Assembly: GCA_965645245.1 (NCBI GenBank) | Contig: OZ287076.1 | Span: 1,922,001 to 1,986,000, forward strand | Source of the DNA: Massalongia carnosa | Taxonomy: Eukaryota | Direction of reading: 5' to 3' | Length of the DNA stretch: 64,000 nucleotides | Part shown: positions 1 through 11,179 of the stretch, in pieces | Layout of the letters: every line of letters begins with the position of its first letter | How positions within the stretch are numbered: position 1 is the stretch's first letter | Notes under the pieces: model-generated | Told to the model about the DNA's origin: nothing | Seen by the model: only the letters and a program-made list of their open reading frames with translations | Database searches by the model: none | Position numbers and translations under genes: made by a program

Positions 1-665
1 ATCATCCACTCAGCTTGAACAGCTGCAGTCATCGTCTCAGCGATGCCGGCCATTGCATTTAAATGAAAGCCCCCCCCTCGAGAGGTAGCTGATGAAGGGA
101 CATGACAACAGAGATTAATAACCCGTTCCTTCTTAATGTTGGCCGTTTCGTCGGTAAAGAAGTTGAGATAACTGCAGGCATCTAACTGCTGATTTACTTT
201 CAGTTTAACCGTCTCATAGGCGTCGTCCAATAATTTCCCGCCAACGAGCTTATGATGTGGAGGTTTATATCCAGGATGCATTGCTTGATGATGAGCAATC
301 ACATAGGGATTTTCGAAGTGGTTAAACGGAAGATTGGTCATAAAGACGGACATTGCAGCAGCGCGATGAGCATGCGCAACTTGGGCTTGATTTAAGGGAC
401 GAATCAAAGGGGTGATAGGCAATCGAATCAAAGATTTGCTGCTCCTAGAAGACGTCTCTTGCTGTCTTCTTTCTTGCACTTCTTGAAAGGCATTGCATGT
501 CTGCAAATGCTGCTGACCCCTGGTAGCAACTTTGGCAGACTGATATCCGCAATGCGTACAACGATGCTGAGGGTATTTCATGCCTTCAATGATGACATCA
601 ACGAAATTCTCATCTACCAATGCATTTTTCGGTCGACCGCCAGAATGTCCAGATTGTCGAGACAT
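1..665 (-). CDS. hAT-superfamily transposase, N-terminal part (BED-type zinc finger and start of catalytic region); runs off the left edge
   Basis: Manual translation from ATG at 665 (absent from the ORF track) is open to the window edge: MSRQSGHSGGRPK...HRCTHCGYQSAKVATRGQQHLQTC (CxxC...HxxxC), then NLPFNHFENPY...YKPP...KLLDDAY...LNFFTDETANI, resembling hAT transposases. Confidence 0.75.
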   Translation of the reverse strand, partial: MSRQSGHSGGRPKNALVDENFVDVIIEGMKYPQHRCTHCGYQSAKVATRGQQHLQTCNAFQEVQERRQQETSSRSSKSLIRLPITPLIRPLNQAQVAHAHRAAAMSVFMTNLPFNHFENPYVIAHHQAMHPGYKPPHHKLVGGKLLDDAYETVKLKVNQQLDACSYLNFFTDETANIKKERVINLCCHVPSSATSRGGGFHLNAMAGIAETMTAAVQAEWM

Positions 666-1140
666 GATCAATGTATGTATAGAGATAATAGGAAGGTACC
701 TCAAATTAGGTAGAAATGTCTAGTAATTTCAGGTATTGATCTATGCGAAAGATAAATTTGACATGCTTAAGTAATATTATACCAAAAAGACAGGGTCCAA
801 GTCTGCACGTGATGTATAATACGTGTCAGTTGGCCGTATTTTTCCTAGCCCTAACTATGGTAGTTCTCCTACACATAGGTGCCCCGTGCCCGGTATATTG
901 CGCCCGCTGGCTAGCAGTACTGAGTATCGCTGTAACAACAAAGATCTCAAATGGAAAATGACGAAGACAAATAACATTCATCGTCAAACAAATATCATGC
1001 TTGAATGAAAATGTTGATGTTAATTTGTGTTAATTTAATTAAATTGTGATCAGGCAGTTGAGACTGCGATTATTCAATTAGACTAGCTTGCATTTTAGGA
1101 TTTCAGGTAAAATCTCTGCAGATAGTAATCAAATGAACTA

Positions 1141-1203
1141 TTCGTGCCCCACACTTTCGCTCGGTCGACTCGCTTTCGACTGAGCGAAAGTGTGGGGCAC
1201 GAA
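1141..1203. mobile_element. 63-bp hairpin MITE with TA flanks (Tc1/mariner-type)
   Basis: TA|TTCGTGCCCCACACTTTCGCTCGGTCGA-7 nt-TCGACTGAGCGAAAGTGTGGGGCACGAA|TA; 28-bp arms with one mismatch, TA on both sides. Confidence 0.6.
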
Positions 1204-1345
1204 TATCCCTTCTAAATCTTCGTTTCATGCATCAAGGTGATCAATTCTTCCTCCAATATCTATCACCTCAACAATCTGTCCACACGGTTCAACTGATATC
1301 GCCCATCAGCGTAACATGCGCTCCGACAATTCGGTCTCCGCCAAA

Positions 1346-3353
1346 ATGACGGCATACCATGAACATGAGGATAAGAATCCTGCTACAGCAGTGGCCGCCA
1401 GTTCCGAATAATCCGGGAGGCGCATCTCCGGCGCTCACAGCGACATTTGGATCGCGTGTGCGGTCATCAGCCTCCCGATGATGGTGCTCTCCGGTGTCCT
1501 GTTGGGTCTTGTGTTCTATTATCGAGTGAGCCCCAACAGTTCGACCTCGGCGGAATTCCGACTTTCCCAACCCACCAACCATGATCGGAGCGCATATCTG
1601 GTCGATTTCAGCGCCACGAGACTGATCACGATTGCGTCGTGGACGAGTAGTGTCGCCCCGTTGCTCTCGGGTTTCGTCATGACCTTGCTCTCGTTTCCGA
1701 CCGCGCGGCGCATATCGCAGTCCTCGGAGCGTAACCGGGCCCCATCACTGCCGACGCCTTATCAGTTGAGCCTGTACTTGGCCTTGCTGTCCGGCAGCTT
1801 TGGATCGTTATGGCAATGGGCCAAGTATCGGTGCTGGAGGCAGCGAGAGGGGCAGGCATCCGTGGTCGGGACGTTGGTCATCGGATTAGCTGCTGCGACG
1901 TCATTGGGGTAGGTCGTGCATTTCTCTCGGTATATCGTCCTCTTCGAGCATAACCGCGTCGACGAACAGGAATCTTGACCCTTCAACCTCGCGTTGATTT
2001 TTATTCCCCTTTCCCTCCGGCCTCCGGTTGATGAAATCTTCGAGAATCTAAAAGAAAGACAGTTACCTCATCCTGGCCGCAGACACATGGTTGCACGTAA
2101 CCACATCGACTGTATCGTTCTCACAGACCACTCCGACATCGAGCTCGGCCTCGCATGCATACGGCCGAGGTCTGTATTCCGATCTGTGTAGTAGAAGATC
2201 GGATGTCAGGAACAATCCGTGCACCATTGATAGCTCGGCCAGCAGCCAACTTCTCACGGGAGCATCAGAGGCATATCAAACTCTCAACAACCTCTCCTCT
2301 CTGAATCGCATCTCTACCTTTGAGCACGAAGGGTCCACTTATACCTTTCTCACGGAGGCAAATATCCCGAAGGATGTCGACTTTCAGGCCTCGACGTTTG
2401 CGCTTGCGACGCAATGTAAAGCCGTCAGCAAAGCCTGCAATCTTACGCCGGCTTATGGGGCTTCTACACCGTTTAGATGCACGTCGGCTTTTCAAGGGGA
2501 TGTCACCGCCCTGGAAGATAACAACCTGCGTGATGTTCGCACAGCTTCAAGTCCCATCGGAATGGTTTTTCTAACGGATTATACCCTCATCACCAACATC
2601 ACCTTCGGATCGAGAGACCTGAATCCCTACTACTTCGGCACTTGGGCACGAGTCGATACTCAAGGCCACCTGCCCGGACAATCTTCCTCCGGCATCGCCT
2701 TCCAGAACGATCCGGACATCGTGACGCCTGTGCATGGAGGCATGGCCTGGGTCCTCAACTGCTCCACCACGGTCTATGAAACAAACTACTCCATGACAAA
2801 CGGCACCGTCAAAGCGCTCTCCGTGACGCCCGCGAACGCGTCCCTCGGCGGCATCATCGCCGCCCCCACGCACGAAGACTTCGCCCTCAGCAACCTCGAA
2901 ATCGCCGCGAACGTAGCGTCCTTCAGCGCCAACGCCCACGAGCTCACCGACACCTGGGCCGCCCTGTACTCGCAAACGGCGCTGGGCCTGTCCGCGGGCG
3001 TCATGTCCCCGCGGCCCAATATCCGTCAACAGACCTCGTCGACCATCCTCGTGGCCCGCATCCCCAAAGTCCCGCTCTTCGTCCTCGTCGGCTTGAATGC
3101 GCTGTACGCCGCCGTCGGTATCGTCTTGGCGCTCTACGCCGCATGCTTCACGAAGCGGCGGGCGACCAAGGATGTCCAGGCCCGGTTGACCGTGGAAGGG
3201 CTGGCGGCAACCTGTTTCGAGGAAAGACCGCTCTCGGGCGGCGCGGTAAGCCGGATCGAGGATCTTTTTGCCGAAAGAATGGATAAGGGAAGAAGCGCGA
3301 GAATCGGTCTGAAGCCGGTTGACGAAGGCGGATGGAAGTACGTGAAGCTTTGA
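1346..3353 (+). CDS. Conserved fungal hypothetical membrane protein, 2 exons (1346 or 1478-1908; 2063-3353); in-frame TAA at 1409-1411 if the 1346 ATG is the true start
   Basis: Intron 1909-2062 (GTAGGT...ACAG) joins ORF 1478-1912 to ORF 2091-3353 in frame (…TSLG|YLILAADTWLHVTT…); hydrophobic N-terminal segments, Cys/Ser/Thr-rich middle, C-terminal TM helix. Confidence 0.8.
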
Positions 3354-4172
3354 GAGAGATGTTCGTCGTTTTGCATGATACTGCAACGCTGCGTATTGAT
3401 CATCGAGATATTTATACGAAACATTCTTGTGCAACGTTGCGTAATGATAATTGTGATATATTGACAGGAAACATTCTCCTGGAACTCGTTCATGATATAT
3501 CTTAAGGAAATTTTATATATATGATATCAAGAACCTTAATCTTTTCAATGTTGTTTCAAAGTTCATCGAGTATATTCGTTACGAAAACTTAGTTAGTTGT
3601 TGTTGAATAGGTCTATGACTATGGCTATATGTAAAGATAGGGGCCTGTATGACCATGATGTTAAGGATACAGAGTTGCTACGGACTTTTATCTTGGTCAC
3701 CTCTGCTAAGCGAGATGATAATAGTTTATCCGAGCCTCTAAGCGATTAGATTAGATCTTATCTTATCTAATCTATCGGCTAGGCAATGCTGGTAGAAGTG
3801 GAACATTCAACACCCTCCCTCAAGTTCTGCCAGTACTTGTTCTGATGATCAAAACCGCGCCGCACGGTGTGAACTCAACTAGATGAATTCATGTGAAGTT
3901 GTCTGATGAAGGAGAAGAATTTGACGTGGGTAAGCGGTTTGGTCAGTCCGTCCGCTACCATGTGTTCTGTTGAAACATAGGTAAGGTCTATTCGACCATC
4001 TGTGACCTCATTCCGTATGAAGTGATGCTGAATGTCGATGTGCTTAGTCCTTGAATGTATGAAATATAAATTCACTTTGTAGGTATAGTAGCATGATTGT
4101 CATTGAAGGTAATTATCTATGTGGGCTATTTGTCTGCTTTATATAGCAGTTACAAAACAGTCACATCTAGGA

Positions 4173-4296
4173 GGTCAGACCTTGTCCCCCTGACGGTCAG
4201 ACCTTGTCCTCCTGGCGGTCAGACCTTGTCCTCCTGACGGTCAGACCTTGTCCCCCTGACGGTCAGACCTTGTCCCCCTGACGGTCAGACCTTGTC
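4173..4296. repeat. 22-bp tandem repeat (GGTCAGACCTTGTCCCCCTGAC) x ~5.5
   Basis: Units start at 4173, 4195, 4217, 4239, 4261, 4283. Confidence 0.9.
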
Positions 4297-4349
4297 TCCC
4301 ATCTCTGCTTGTTTAGGCACTTTGCAAGGCACCTCCCGAGGCTCATGAT

Positions 4350-4928
4350 TTTTATTTTATTAATTCATTAAGCGTATGCATCCTAAGGATATGACGCTGT
4401 GACTGCTATTTATGTACATAAACAACAGTCAGGAAGTGGAAACCTGGCCCCCAGGGTCAAACCACTCCCTTGTTCCATGTTGAACGCAACGAGACCGTCC
4501 TTCTACCACGCGGTGCATACACCCAGATCTTCAAGCGCTAGGAATCCTATAGACTCGATGAACTAGACAGTGTATTTCCACACGCTCGACGAACGTTCTC
4601 TCTCTTTAAACGTTTTGATTCAATGGAGGAAAGACTGGCCGTGATCGAGGGCAGATCGTGGTGTCGTATAAATGAAGGTGTGTAAGTGTGGCCATTCTAA
4701 ATGAATGGGCTTTTTCGATGAGGTGAAAGGCTTCCGCCTGAGGGGTGTGGCCATTCCGAATGAATGGGCTTTATATGTGTGCCTTCGAGGTGACGAATGA
4801 TCAGTAGAGACGTTGATCGTTCAAATGGCCACCGAGGTGGACTTCCGCGTTGGCGATGATCAGATATTGGCCACCTCCGAGGAGGTGTTGATAGCCTGCA
4901 CCACGTAGAGGTTTCTGACCCAGCAGGC
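4350..4928 (-). mobile_element. Probable retroposed (TPRT-type) insertion with 15-bp TSD and A-rich tail
   Basis: Direct repeat CCCGAGGCTCATGAT at 4335-4349 and 4929-4943; minus strand ends ...AATTAATAAAATAAAA at the left copy. Confidence 0.5.
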
Positions 4929-7900
4929 CCCGAGGCTCATGATGGATGCCCATGATGATGGTGGCCTCATCATCTAACATCCAACAGAATGTAAGACGGG
5001 ATTATTGGCCAGTGCTATAGCACTCTGATTATCACCTTTCAATGCTATAGCGCCTTCCCTTTCAAGTACATTCACTGTCGGAGTAGCATCATCCTGCATC
5101 AGGCCGAGTTCTGTCATCAATAAGCGTATCCATATGGTCTCCTTAGTAGCTAAGGTGAGTGCCATATATTCGGCTTCTGTGGATGAGAGGGCAACGGTTT
5201 TCTGTCTTTTTGAGGCCCAACTGATTGGTCCATTGTTCAGCATGAAGACGTATCCGGAGGTGGACTTGCGGTCTTCCTTGTCACCGGCCCAAATCAGAAT
5301 CGGAATAGCCCTGTATAGACAAATATCCGCCACCAAAGGTAATGCCTCTGTCTCTGGTTGCACTGAGATATCCGAGAATCTGCTTGGCTGCCTCCATGTG
5401 TGATTTGCCAGGATTTTTGGCATGTCGGCTGACCACTGAGGTTGCGTAGGCAATGTCAGGCCTTGTTTCTATCATAGCAAACATGATGGAGCCGACGATT
5501 GCTTGATACTGTTTAATGTCTGATTCTGAGGCCTGGGTTTCATTTCTGAATAGACTGCCTTCTTTCATTGGGGTGGTGGTAGTTTTCGCGTTCTGCATAT
5601 GAAACTTCTCCAGGACCTTTTCGATGTAGGTAGATTGAGATAGTTTGATTGTTCTGTTATCGCGATTTCGTTCTACCTTTAGGCCTAGATAATGACTGAT
5701 TGAGCCCATGTGCACCATCTTGAACGCAATGTTCAGTTGTTTCTTGACTTCAGATATCATAGGAGATCCCTTTGGACCTATGATGTTTAGATCATCAACG
5801 AAGGAGGTAACAATTGGACCTCTTATTCCTGCCGAAGAGGAGAAGATACTATGATCTGCGTGAAGTTTGGACAGACCCAGCTTGGTAAGTAGAAATTCGG
5901 ATAGCCTTTCATACCATAGGCGTGGAGACTGTTTCAGGCCATAGAGAGCCTTGTTCAGTTTGCAGATCATGCCCGCTTTTTCATATCCTTTGGGCATTTG
6001 GACGTAAATCAATTGATCTATTACCCCATACAAGAATGCTGTGACGACATCAAGCTGTTCGATGTCCAAGTCATGATGAGCTGCTATGGCAAACAATAAT
6101 CGGAAGGCCATTGGTTTCACTACGGAGGCATAGGTCTGTTCGAAATCTACTCCGTATTGCTGGAGATAGCCTTTCACCACCCATCTGGATTTGTACCGTG
6201 TGATATTTCCATTGACGTCTCGTTTCAGTTTGTATACCCATTTTCCACTGAGAGCAGTATGATTGGGCTCCATATCCTCGGTTCTGACAAGAGTCCATGT
6301 TTCGTTCTCGAGAAGACTGTTGTGTTCATTGTCCATGGAACGAATCCAGCTTTCTGAATGTGGACCTTTCATAGCTTGATGGTATGTCTGAGGTTCAGCT
6401 ATGTCGAGTTGAGACAGTGCGTCATAGTCTTCCAATCCTGATGATCCTTCCTTTTCCAAGGTTCTAGCAAGAAGAACGAGTGGATCCTCTATGTCTATGT
6501 CATCGTATGTAGGAGTATGATTGGGTTCATCTAAAGCTGTGTCTGATAGAAGAGACAATGCGTGTTCTATCTGAGCATGCTTTCTGGGTCTGCCACGTCC
6601 ACGTTTTGGAATCGTTGTGGGGGATGAAATGACTGTTGATTTTGATGGAGTGACTGTATCGGGAGTCATGATGGCCTCGTATGTAGGAACGTTGGTCTGG
6701 TCTTTGGAGATGGCGTCTTCGTGAATGCGCAGATCTTTGACCCTGATGACCCTGTAGTCCTTTTCCAGAAAGACTCGATAGATCGTGCATTCATCGTACC
6801 CACACAAGACTCCGCGTTGGGCCCGAGGTAGAAATTTGGCCGATTTGCTGTTGGCGCCTTTGCGTTCTTCCTCATGAATGAGGACATACACGGTTGATCC
6901 CAACACTCGCAGATGATTCAGAGGAGGTGACTTTGACTCGTAAATTTCAAATGGGGTCTTTCCGGATAAAGCATTTGTAGGTCTGACGTTTTTTGTGTGA
7001 ACCATAGCTAAAACCACCTCTGTCCATAGGTAGTCCGGAATGCCTCCTGCAATGATGGTACATCTAGTCATGTCCATGATAGTTCTGCCTGTTCGTTCAG
7101 ACACACCGTTTTTGTTCATGTGAATACGGTGCGGAGGGTTCAAACGTTATCTCTTCTTTCAGGAACCAATCATCCGATTTCAGCCTTCGAAGTTCTGTGC
7201 CGAAATCAGTTCGAAAGATGTTTATTGGCTTGCTCTTTCCTGTCTTGTTCTGAGCTAGACTGTAGTATGTCAACAGATGATCAAACCATTCGCTCTTCTT
7301 GATGCCTGTATACACATGAGTGTATCTGCTGGCATCGCAGGTGAAGGTAAAGAAGTACTGTTCTTCAAGAAGTCCTGCTAGTTTGATGGGTCCTACTAGA
7401 TCGGAATGAACCTTTTGAAAGATGCCTGTTGCTCTCTCCTGAGATGTCTGGTTGTATATCTTAGTGGCCTTTCCGAGTTCACAGGATGAACAGTACCAAT
7501 CTTTGTTCACGTTGTCTGAGTACGACACATCGAGTCTTTTCAGAAAAGCTCGGCAGGTGATCAGGTTTAAATGACCAAGACGCGCATGCCATGTTGACAG
7601 GTCTGTTATGGCTGACGTGTGGTAGACTGATGTGTTCGGCCACTGAAAGGTGCTCTCATCTGTCTGCATAAGATGTGTAGCCACGTCTCCAAGGTCTTTA
7701 GTACAAAGTTTGTATTGACTCTTGACACATAGCCTATGATGTTCTGACTGATCCCGTTGAATAGGGTCCAGTTAACATTGTCATAGTAGATGTTGTTTTG
7801 GTTGAGTAGTGCCAGACTAACGAGGTTCACTGGACACTGTGGAATGAAAAGAGCGTTGTTCAGTATTAACACTGACGAGGATGAGTCGTCCTGTAGTGCC

Positions 7901-8106
7901 AACGTTTTCCGGATCATTCCCCTCCCTGGAGACGTGTCATCTGATGTAGATCCTGCCAGACCTGTGGAGCGTGTTATGTAGTTGATGAACGACGGCCTGT
8001 GATTGCATACGTGCGTGTCCGCTGCGCTGTCTAGTAGCCAGGTATCTCTGTTGAGATGGTTGATGGTCATGACCTTCTGTAGAGTGGTAGTCATGACCAC
8101 TGTGAG

Positions 8107-9042
8107 TCAACTGCTCACTGTGGGAATTGTAGTGACTGTGGTGTCTGGAGTTGACGTGGTGACTTCTGGCTTGGAGTTCTTTTGTCTCTTGACCCTCCCT
8201 GATTCAGCCGTGTCTCCTCTCGCCCGTTTTAGATGGGGGAATTTCTGGAAACACTCATCTGGCCAATGTCGTGTTCTGTTCCTATTTACACACTCTGGAA
8301 CGGTGCAACTTCCGATAGGTGCTCTACCTCTGTTGGAAGCGCCAGTGTGAAAAGCCTTGACAGTTAGGTTTCGTGCATAGGCTATGAGGATTTTTGTTTT
8401 TTCCGAAAGGTTTGTGGTGTCGTGCGTCCAGTCCCTGCGGAGTTGTGCAATGAGCGGGTCATACTTGTCTGTGCAGTTACCAAGCAGCATTCCCTGCAGT
8501 ACAAACTCTATGGAGTCGACGTTCACCTTGACCTCTTCGATCAACATGCCCTTGATCTGATTGAAGGCACCGTCATACTCTGAACAGTATTGACTGACTG
8601 TGTCGAAGTCTCTCATCTTTTTCGTACTAACCCTCAAGATGACACCCGTGATGCTCATTGGTGCCACGTCCTGGAATCTATTCTTCAGAATGGCCCACAT
8701 CTCGGCAGCGGTCTTGTTATTGATGAGGTTGTAGTGACATGGTGCAACCAGTCCATGGATGATTCCAATAGCCTTGGTCATCTCGGTTTTCTGTCTGTTC
8801 TTATCATCCCGAAGTTCTTTGATGAGGATGCTGGTAGTAAGACTGGCCAGAGTAAACCCTGATACGATGAGGCTCTCTCTGATGGAGTCCAATGAGATCT
8901 CTGGTTAGGTTTCCAGAATGGCTGTGTCACAGTTATTCTTCAGCAGAATACCTCTGGTGTAACTAGCCCATGCTGAGTAGTGTTCGGAGTTCTCTAGAAG
9001 GTGAGGCTTCTCTGTGGAACTGTTGATGTCAGGAAGAGACAT
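8107..9042 (-). pseudogene. gag: Copia-A gag (ATG 9042, frameshift near 8900, TGA at 8107-8109)
   Basis: Gag-like TAAEMWAILKNRF and C-terminal CxxxxC...HxxxxC knuckle-like motif; similar to Copia-B gag. Confidence 0.85.
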
Positions 9043-9479
9043 GATGAAGTCAGATGAAGAGAGTCAGACGAAGATGAAGAAGAGGTCTCTAGTAAACTTC
9101 TATTGATTGAAAGGTATCTAAGTTTCTGAGATTGGTGTAGGAGTAGGATGTGCACTGGAATGAATGGAGATGGGAATATGTGATCTAGTTATAGACAAAA
9201 CATTTCCCTTCCTTTGTCATCAAACTGTGATGTTCCTTTCTTTGCCACAACACTTGTACCCTCATGAAAGAACTCTCTTCAGATGGTGGAACTTTCACTT
9301 GGTGGTGTGGAGATAGGGGGCAGTCGGAACCACGGTCCGACCATTCCATTTAACAGGCCGGGCCTGTTAAATGGAATAAGGTTTTTTCCGGATTCCGAAT
9401 TTCCCGATTGAGGCGTTCTGCTTAATTGAAGTCTGATTACTCCATCTGTATAAGCGTAGACTAGTCAGAAAGTCTGTTA

Positions 9480-10190
9480 ATGAATGATACAGCAAGGATC
9501 AAACCTTGGAACTGAATTTCCGAAGTCTGTCTCTGGATCAAAGTATGTTGAGTGGTGATGCAGCAAAAGTCAGAATGAAGTCTGCCCTTGGGTCAACGTC
9601 AGTCATTTGATGATTCAGCAGAAATCGGACCCTGAAAGATAGTTTAGATGGTCGGTCTCTGGGTCAAAGTAAGTTGAGTGGTGATGCAGCAAAAGTCAGA
9701 ATGAAGTCTGCCCTTGGGTCAACGTCAGTCAATTGATGATTCAGCAGAAATCAGAGTTTCATGAGTGGTCAAGGCCGCGCTGCGCGGTTTTTGAACAAAA
9801 CTCAGTGAAAAGGTCTATTCCTGGGTCAAAATCAAATGAATGATGATGCAGCAGAGGTCAATCGTTGGAACTGGTCCACTGGAGTTCTGTCTCTGGGTCA
9901 AAGTCAAATGAATGATGATGCAGCAGAGATCACTCATTGGAACTGGTCCACTGGATTCTGTCTCTGGGTCAATGTCAAATGAGTGATGATGCAGCAGAGG
10001 TCAAACCTTGGAGCTAGTCCACTGGAGTCTGTCTCTGGGTCAATGTCAAATGAGTGATGATGCAGCAGAGGTCAAACCTTGGAGCTAGTCCACTGGAGTC
10101 TGCCTCTGGGTCAAAAGTCAAATGGATGGTGATGCAGCAGAGGTCAAACAATGGAATTGGTCCACTGGAGTCTGCCTCTGGGTCAACGTC
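9480..10190. repeat. ~61-62-bp tandem repeat array in the Copia-A 5' leader
   Basis: Recurrent CTCTGGGTCAA...TGATGCAGCAGAGGTCAAA...TCCACTGGAGT units, best conserved at 9820-10190 and more degenerate at 9480-9760. Confidence 0.85.
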
Positions 10191-10866
10191 ATCCTCCGGA
10201 GTGCCTCTCAGATATTCGGGCATGAGAGCATTCTGATGGTCTGATATGAAGAGAATGTCTTCTGATGCTTGTAGTCTGGCAAAGAGCCTCTCTGCTTATG
10301 ATGTAGATGATTTCCATGCTCTTTCTGATAACCCTTTGTAGGTAGGGAACGTTGGATCAGGTGGCGTTGTTGTTTAACGTCTCTATCTGATTGAGAGGTT
10401 GTCATGATGTGCTTTCACGAAGCTGTTCAACTAGCTAGACTTGCGGGTGCGAATCCCGCCTGATTCAGGTCTGTAAACAAGTAGAGATTTAGTCTTTGCC
10501 TTGTCCATCTAGTTCTTTTCGAGAAAGGATAATGATGCTCAGCTAATGATTTTGCATCGTGATGCTGCGGATAAGAATTGCTTCGATTCCTGTATGATCG
10601 ATAGCGCCCTTCCGGTCTCATAACCTGTTGAATAGGTCTATGACTATGGCTATATGACTATGTAAAGATAGGGGCCTGTATGACCATGATGTTAAGGATG
10701 CAGAGTTGCTACGGAGTGCAGAGCAATCTGTTCCTTTTATGTTGGTCACCTATGCTAAGCGAGATGATAATAGTTTATCCGAGCCTCTATGCGATTAGAT
10801 TAGATTTGATCTTATCTAATCTATCGGCTAGGCAATGCTAGTACTGTAGAAGTTGAACATTCAACA

Positions 10867-11032
10867 ACTGGTCACCCCCTTCTAAGCGAGGTGATCTTAT
10901 CTTATCTTGGGACTAAGCCTAATGCGGCATCTACGGTTTCTGTAGATGATCTGTCCATCTAGGGCAGCCGTAGGTGCTATGTTCATTGTACTGATAGGTG
11001 TTCATTGTGCTAGGAGGAATTGGATATTCAAC
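10867..11032 (-). mobile_element. Partial LTR of a Copia-A-related family abutting the Copia-A 5' LTR
   Basis: Shares GGTCACC..CTAAGCGAG.TGAT and TTATCTTATCT motifs; ends ATTCAACA at 11032. Confidence 0.6.
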
Positions 11033-11179
11033 AAAAAGAAGAAAAAATAATAAGTTCAATTCATGTCTCGTCATTCATCTTAAGTTCTGACGCTTTATAA
11101 TAAAAACCAACTTACTCCGTCCATCTACCCCCTACGCTCGTCCCTCTCCTCCTCCCGAGGAACTCTCTTCTCCTCCTCC

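Larger units (their letters stand above)
4058..4986. mobile_element. Solo LTR (~335 bp without its internal insert) in the Copia-A RNase H region
   Basis: 5-bp TSD GAATG (4053-4057, 4987-4991); removing the insert restores NNPVLHSRTKHID; ends TA...CCAACA. Confidence 0.75.
3875..8106 (-). pseudogene. pol: Copia-A pol (PR, IN, RT, RNase H); frameshifted, with a solo LTR inserted in RNase H
   Basis: WLLDSAADTH (PR); WHARLGH...CSSC and HSDLVGP (IN); LYGLKQSPRLW and FVDDL (RT); YSDSD and KHIDIQHHFIR (RH), spread across ORFs 7606-8100, 7097-7684, 5281-7143, 4974-5453, 3875-4075. Confidence 0.92.
3601..10866 (-). mobile_element. Copia-A: Ty1/copia LTR retrotransposon, degenerate (LTRs 3601-3812 and 10626-10866)
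   Basis: TG...CA LTRs; PBS GGTTATGAGACC next to the 5' LTR; PPT at 3813-3820; gag-PR-IN-RT-RH order; several frameshifts; LTRs differ by indels and there is no matching TSD. Confidence 0.95.

Noticed and set aside
2571..3434. 287-aa antisense ORF and similar shadow ORFs opposite gag/pol genes
   Set aside because: They overlap well-supported sense genes, are explained by codon bias and have no recognisable motifs.
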